This document shows, piece after piece, positions 62,701-64,000 of a stretch of DNA of 64,000 nt. Location of the stretch: IMG/VR virus record IMGVR_UViG_3300036766_000194, positions 1 to 64,000 of that record; one strand, given 5' to 3'. A model generated the notes under the pieces. It saw only the letters and a program-made list of their open reading frames with translations, was not told the origin of the DNA and searched no databases. Both the position numbers and the translations under genes were made by a program. Every line of letters starts with the position of its first letter. Position 1 is the first letter of the stretch.

Positions 62701-63917
62701 AGATACAAGGTAAAAGAATTTCCTACATAATTGGGTGGAGTGTTGGAACGGGTCATTGGGGTTCGGCTTTGCCCTATAAATCCCCCGAATTGTGGAATCA
62801 AGCCCCAATACATAGGATTAAGGATGTCGTTCCGCCATCACATGTATACGATTTAGAAATGGAAGGTCATCCTTCTTTTTGCCTTGAAGGAATTGGTATG
62901 CTAGGAAAAAATTCCGCGACTCCAATTTACAACTATGGAGGAGAGATGTTTAACGTTCTAGATGTTCTCTATCCAGGTTGCCTAGGAACTTGGGATGAAT
63001 TTAGCCGCGAGTGGGTTGCTTATGCTTTTGGGGATAAACCCAAGATAAAGGATCCTAAAGCGTTTGGTGTTTATACTCGTGAAGCTGGACTCATGCTACG
63101 TCGGACCCGTATAGAGGTACGCCGCGAATTGCCTGAGGTTACGGTCGTCCCACACAGCATTGATTGTGACACGGCCATCCTTGACAAGATGAAGGGCAAG
63201 GCTATTGAGCTTGCCAAACTGATCCTTGCGCAGAAGCAAGATTTTCGTGGGCAAAAGATGCAAGCTGCTGGAGAATTTGATTTGCGTATGCGTCAAGCTA
63301 CAGGTATTGCCAAGGCTCCCTATGTTTGCGAATTTGTAAAATTCTTGATACAAGAGAGTAACGAACCTATTGTATTGTTCGGATGGCACAGGGAAGTTTA
63401 CGAGATCTATCTAGAAAAATTGAAAGAGTTTAATCCTGTGATGTATACAGGGAGTGAGACAGCTGTACAAAAGGAAGAGTCTAAGCAGAAATTTATCAAA
63501 GGTCAGAGTAAGGTTATGATAATCAGCCTCCGCTCTGGGGCGGGGCTGGATGGTTTACAGGATATTTGTCACATCGCGGTATTCGGAGAGTTAGACTGGT
63601 CAAATTCTGTTCATACTCAGTGTGTGGGTCGTATTCATAGAGATGGTCAGGATGAACCTGTCATCGCCTATTATTTGCTGAGTACTGATGGCTGTGATCC
63701 TATTATGTGCGATGTCTTAGGGATCAAACGGCAGCAATCTGAAGGCATATTAAATCCGTTAGGTGAGTTCGTAGGAGAAAACATAATACGGGAGCAGTAT
63801 ATAAGGGACCTAGCCGCCGATTTTTTGACGAAACAGGGAGTTGACGTTGAGAAGATTGAAAAACCCAAAGAAATCTCTGAAACACAAGTTTCCTCAGATA
63901 GCCCAGGAATGGCATGA
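59739..63917 (+). CDS. SNF2-family helicase with two inteins
   Basis: LADDVGLGK|T, FDEVQ, LGL|SATP, GAGLDGL, Q.VGRIHR.GQ. Start placed at ATG 59739. Confidence 0.9.
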   Translation: MSKTYGTLEYDKKKRVFLIECAPHVAIRVKRVFAKINTYEYGKLKLSATPENARDLEWFLERYPMEVKHPEILKELATQQKERAILVEQLLNGYSARQFPLKLPARDYQSLAANMWLVAGGLLLADDVGLGKAQTLSAKILTPTGWTTMGEIKVGDAVVDPDGGIGYVEGVYPQGEKEIFLMTTSDGVEVECCDEHLWWVQTHNDRMRNSSRVVPLKDFRNDLFGKEHDSCWHAKWFIPVVQPLVMQRIEFSFPPYLLGCLLGDGSLRNSIQTLTCSESQIIEKIKKSLPLDLRVKNASNPIEWSFPRKIYSNKPHPFTVQLRKWGLWTKYSYEKWIPLDCFFWSVEHRIELLRGLMDTDGECGKSYGAYFSSTSKQLADGLADLVRSLGGLAKVKYVGKGNYRKEDGTVKVCRDSWNVSVQTLFVPFHLKRKTERWHKPNMARAIKKVESIGYKIAKCIKVSTKRHLYITDGYLPTHNTCTAIAGLTDSRLLPSLIVCPTHLPPQWENEVHKFTDLTVHRLRQATPYDITKYTNGIFPDVIISNYHKLSGWAETIAPCVKSIIFDEVQDLRHTGSNKYMAAKHIADSCEWRLGLSVGPDSLLLLRGGPFGGGWQGTIEQAYQMVLTSSRVILEGGYSLLPVKHSNIESRGWEQDGFCWKTVKTFIRHKCDKPVREIEVRGSRLLLTDDHSLFKITKGKIACVSSEQLKLHDCLPLDNGKNWEIGANKEVVLDIASIIDPHKKVQVLVDISGLTRKEVGVNPQNWYNFKKERKFGPRIPLRYFLTHRRKLPAPQGLYFSQTRGKARVIGNLTLRLSNWAYVLGFFLGAGWLNRDSRGVITSVSFSVDAPHYKKLCTALGAIKETPLRIRERFSTVAMVEIECDNKFFAEILAYVFKGAKKCWEKELPTEWTTTWSRKAREQLLEGLRDSDGVAAGSNPTTSSAYTTTSLALAKSILLLLRSLGISGSYSEHSPSLGGWVKEKDGSLRQIQGKRISYIIGWSVGTGHWGSALPYKSPELWNQAPIHRIKDVVPPSHVYDLEMEGHPSFCLEGIGMLGKNSATPIYNYGGEMFNVLDVLYPGCLGTWDEFSREWVAYAFGDKPKIKDPKAFGVYTREAGLMLRRTRIEVRRELPEVTVVPHSIDCDTAILDKMKGKAIELAKLILAQKQDFRGQKMQAAGEFDLRMRQATGIAKAPYVCEFVKFLIQESNEPIVLFGWHREVYEIYLEKLKEFNPVMYTGSETAVQKEESKQKFIKGQSKVMIISLRSGAGLDGLQDICHIAVFGELDWSNSVHTQCVGRIHRDGQDEPVIAYYLLSTDGCDPIMCDVLGIKRQQSEGILNPLGEFVGENIIREQYIRDLAADFLTKQGVDVEKIEKPKEISETQVSSDSPGMA
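60135..61175 (+). mobile_element. Class 3 intein (Ala1) with LAGLIDADG endonuclease (347 aa)
   Basis: Starts AQTL. WCT signature: EHLW, block F KCI, PTHN then Thr+1. LGCLLGDG and LRGLMDTDG. Confidence 0.88.
61524..62912 (+). mobile_element. Ser1 intein with degenerate LAGLIDADG domain (463 aa)
   Basis: Starts SVGPDS, block B TDDH, block F VYDLE, ends GKN then Ser+1. Motifs LGFFLGAG and LEGLRDSDG. Confidence 0.85.
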
Positions 63918-64000
63918 TGAGAAGAACACTCCAATTACGCCCGAAACTATTTTTGCAAGTTCTAATTTTCGAGCTTGGTGGATCTGCGGGCGCGGTCACG
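63847..64000 (+). CDS. 3'-partial DUF4379-like zinc-ribbon repeat protein
   Basis: TTG start after ggag. SLKHKFPQIAQEWHDEKN..ITP....S...WWICGRGH. Overlaps the helicase end. Absent from the ORF track. Confidence 0.7.
   Translation, partial: MRRLKNPKKSLKHKFPQIAQEWHDEKNTPITPETIFASSNFRAWWICGRGH

Noticed and set aside
1-64000. Stop-codon recoding; rRNA
   Set aside because: Conserved genes are uninterrupted and end in TAA, TAG or TGA under code 11. Brief 23S-like words near 8950 and 39160 do not extend.

Overview
This window looks like part of a large (jumbo-type) tailed bacteriophage genome in the standard genetic code. The host is not determinable here; Acidobacteria is a weak guess from the Clp-like ATPase. 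Left to right: (1) 1-7.6 kb, a DNA modification/restriction locus with tandem, split N6-adenine methyltransferase halves carrying different specificity domains, a nuclease-MTase-like fusion inside 25-bp direct repeats, two aGPT-Pplase1/5-hmdU-kinase helical-domain paralogs and a PD-(D/E)XK endonuclease. (2) 8.7-10.9 kb, a tRNA array with unexplained structured RNAs. (3) 10-14 kb, phosphoesterases and virion/tail-like genes. (4) 15-30 kb, replication and recombination genes: intein-bearing DinG-like helicase, putative SSB, DEDD exonuclease, RuvC-like resolvase, RecA, half-Rad50, dNTP diphosphohydrolase and an EndoVII-dCMP deaminase fusion. (5) A TnpB element with a TnpA remnant. (6) Mre11/SbcD. 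(7) 38.5-44 kb, a second RNA island with four tRNA-Pro, Met/fMet tRNAs (one with a 34-nt hairpin insert in the anticodon), RNase P RNA, an RNA ligase and at least seven unassigned structured RNAs. (8) 46.2-58.6 kb, a 15-gene sugar-synthesis/glycosyltransferase operon including a GT31-like/GT11/GT6 trio. (9) A SNF2-like helicase with two inteins. The most novel candidates are the non-tRNA structured RNAs with the interrupted or expanded tRNAs, and the split modular methyltransferase locus. All family assignments come from motif recognition by eye and all RNA folds are manual; no database searches were run.
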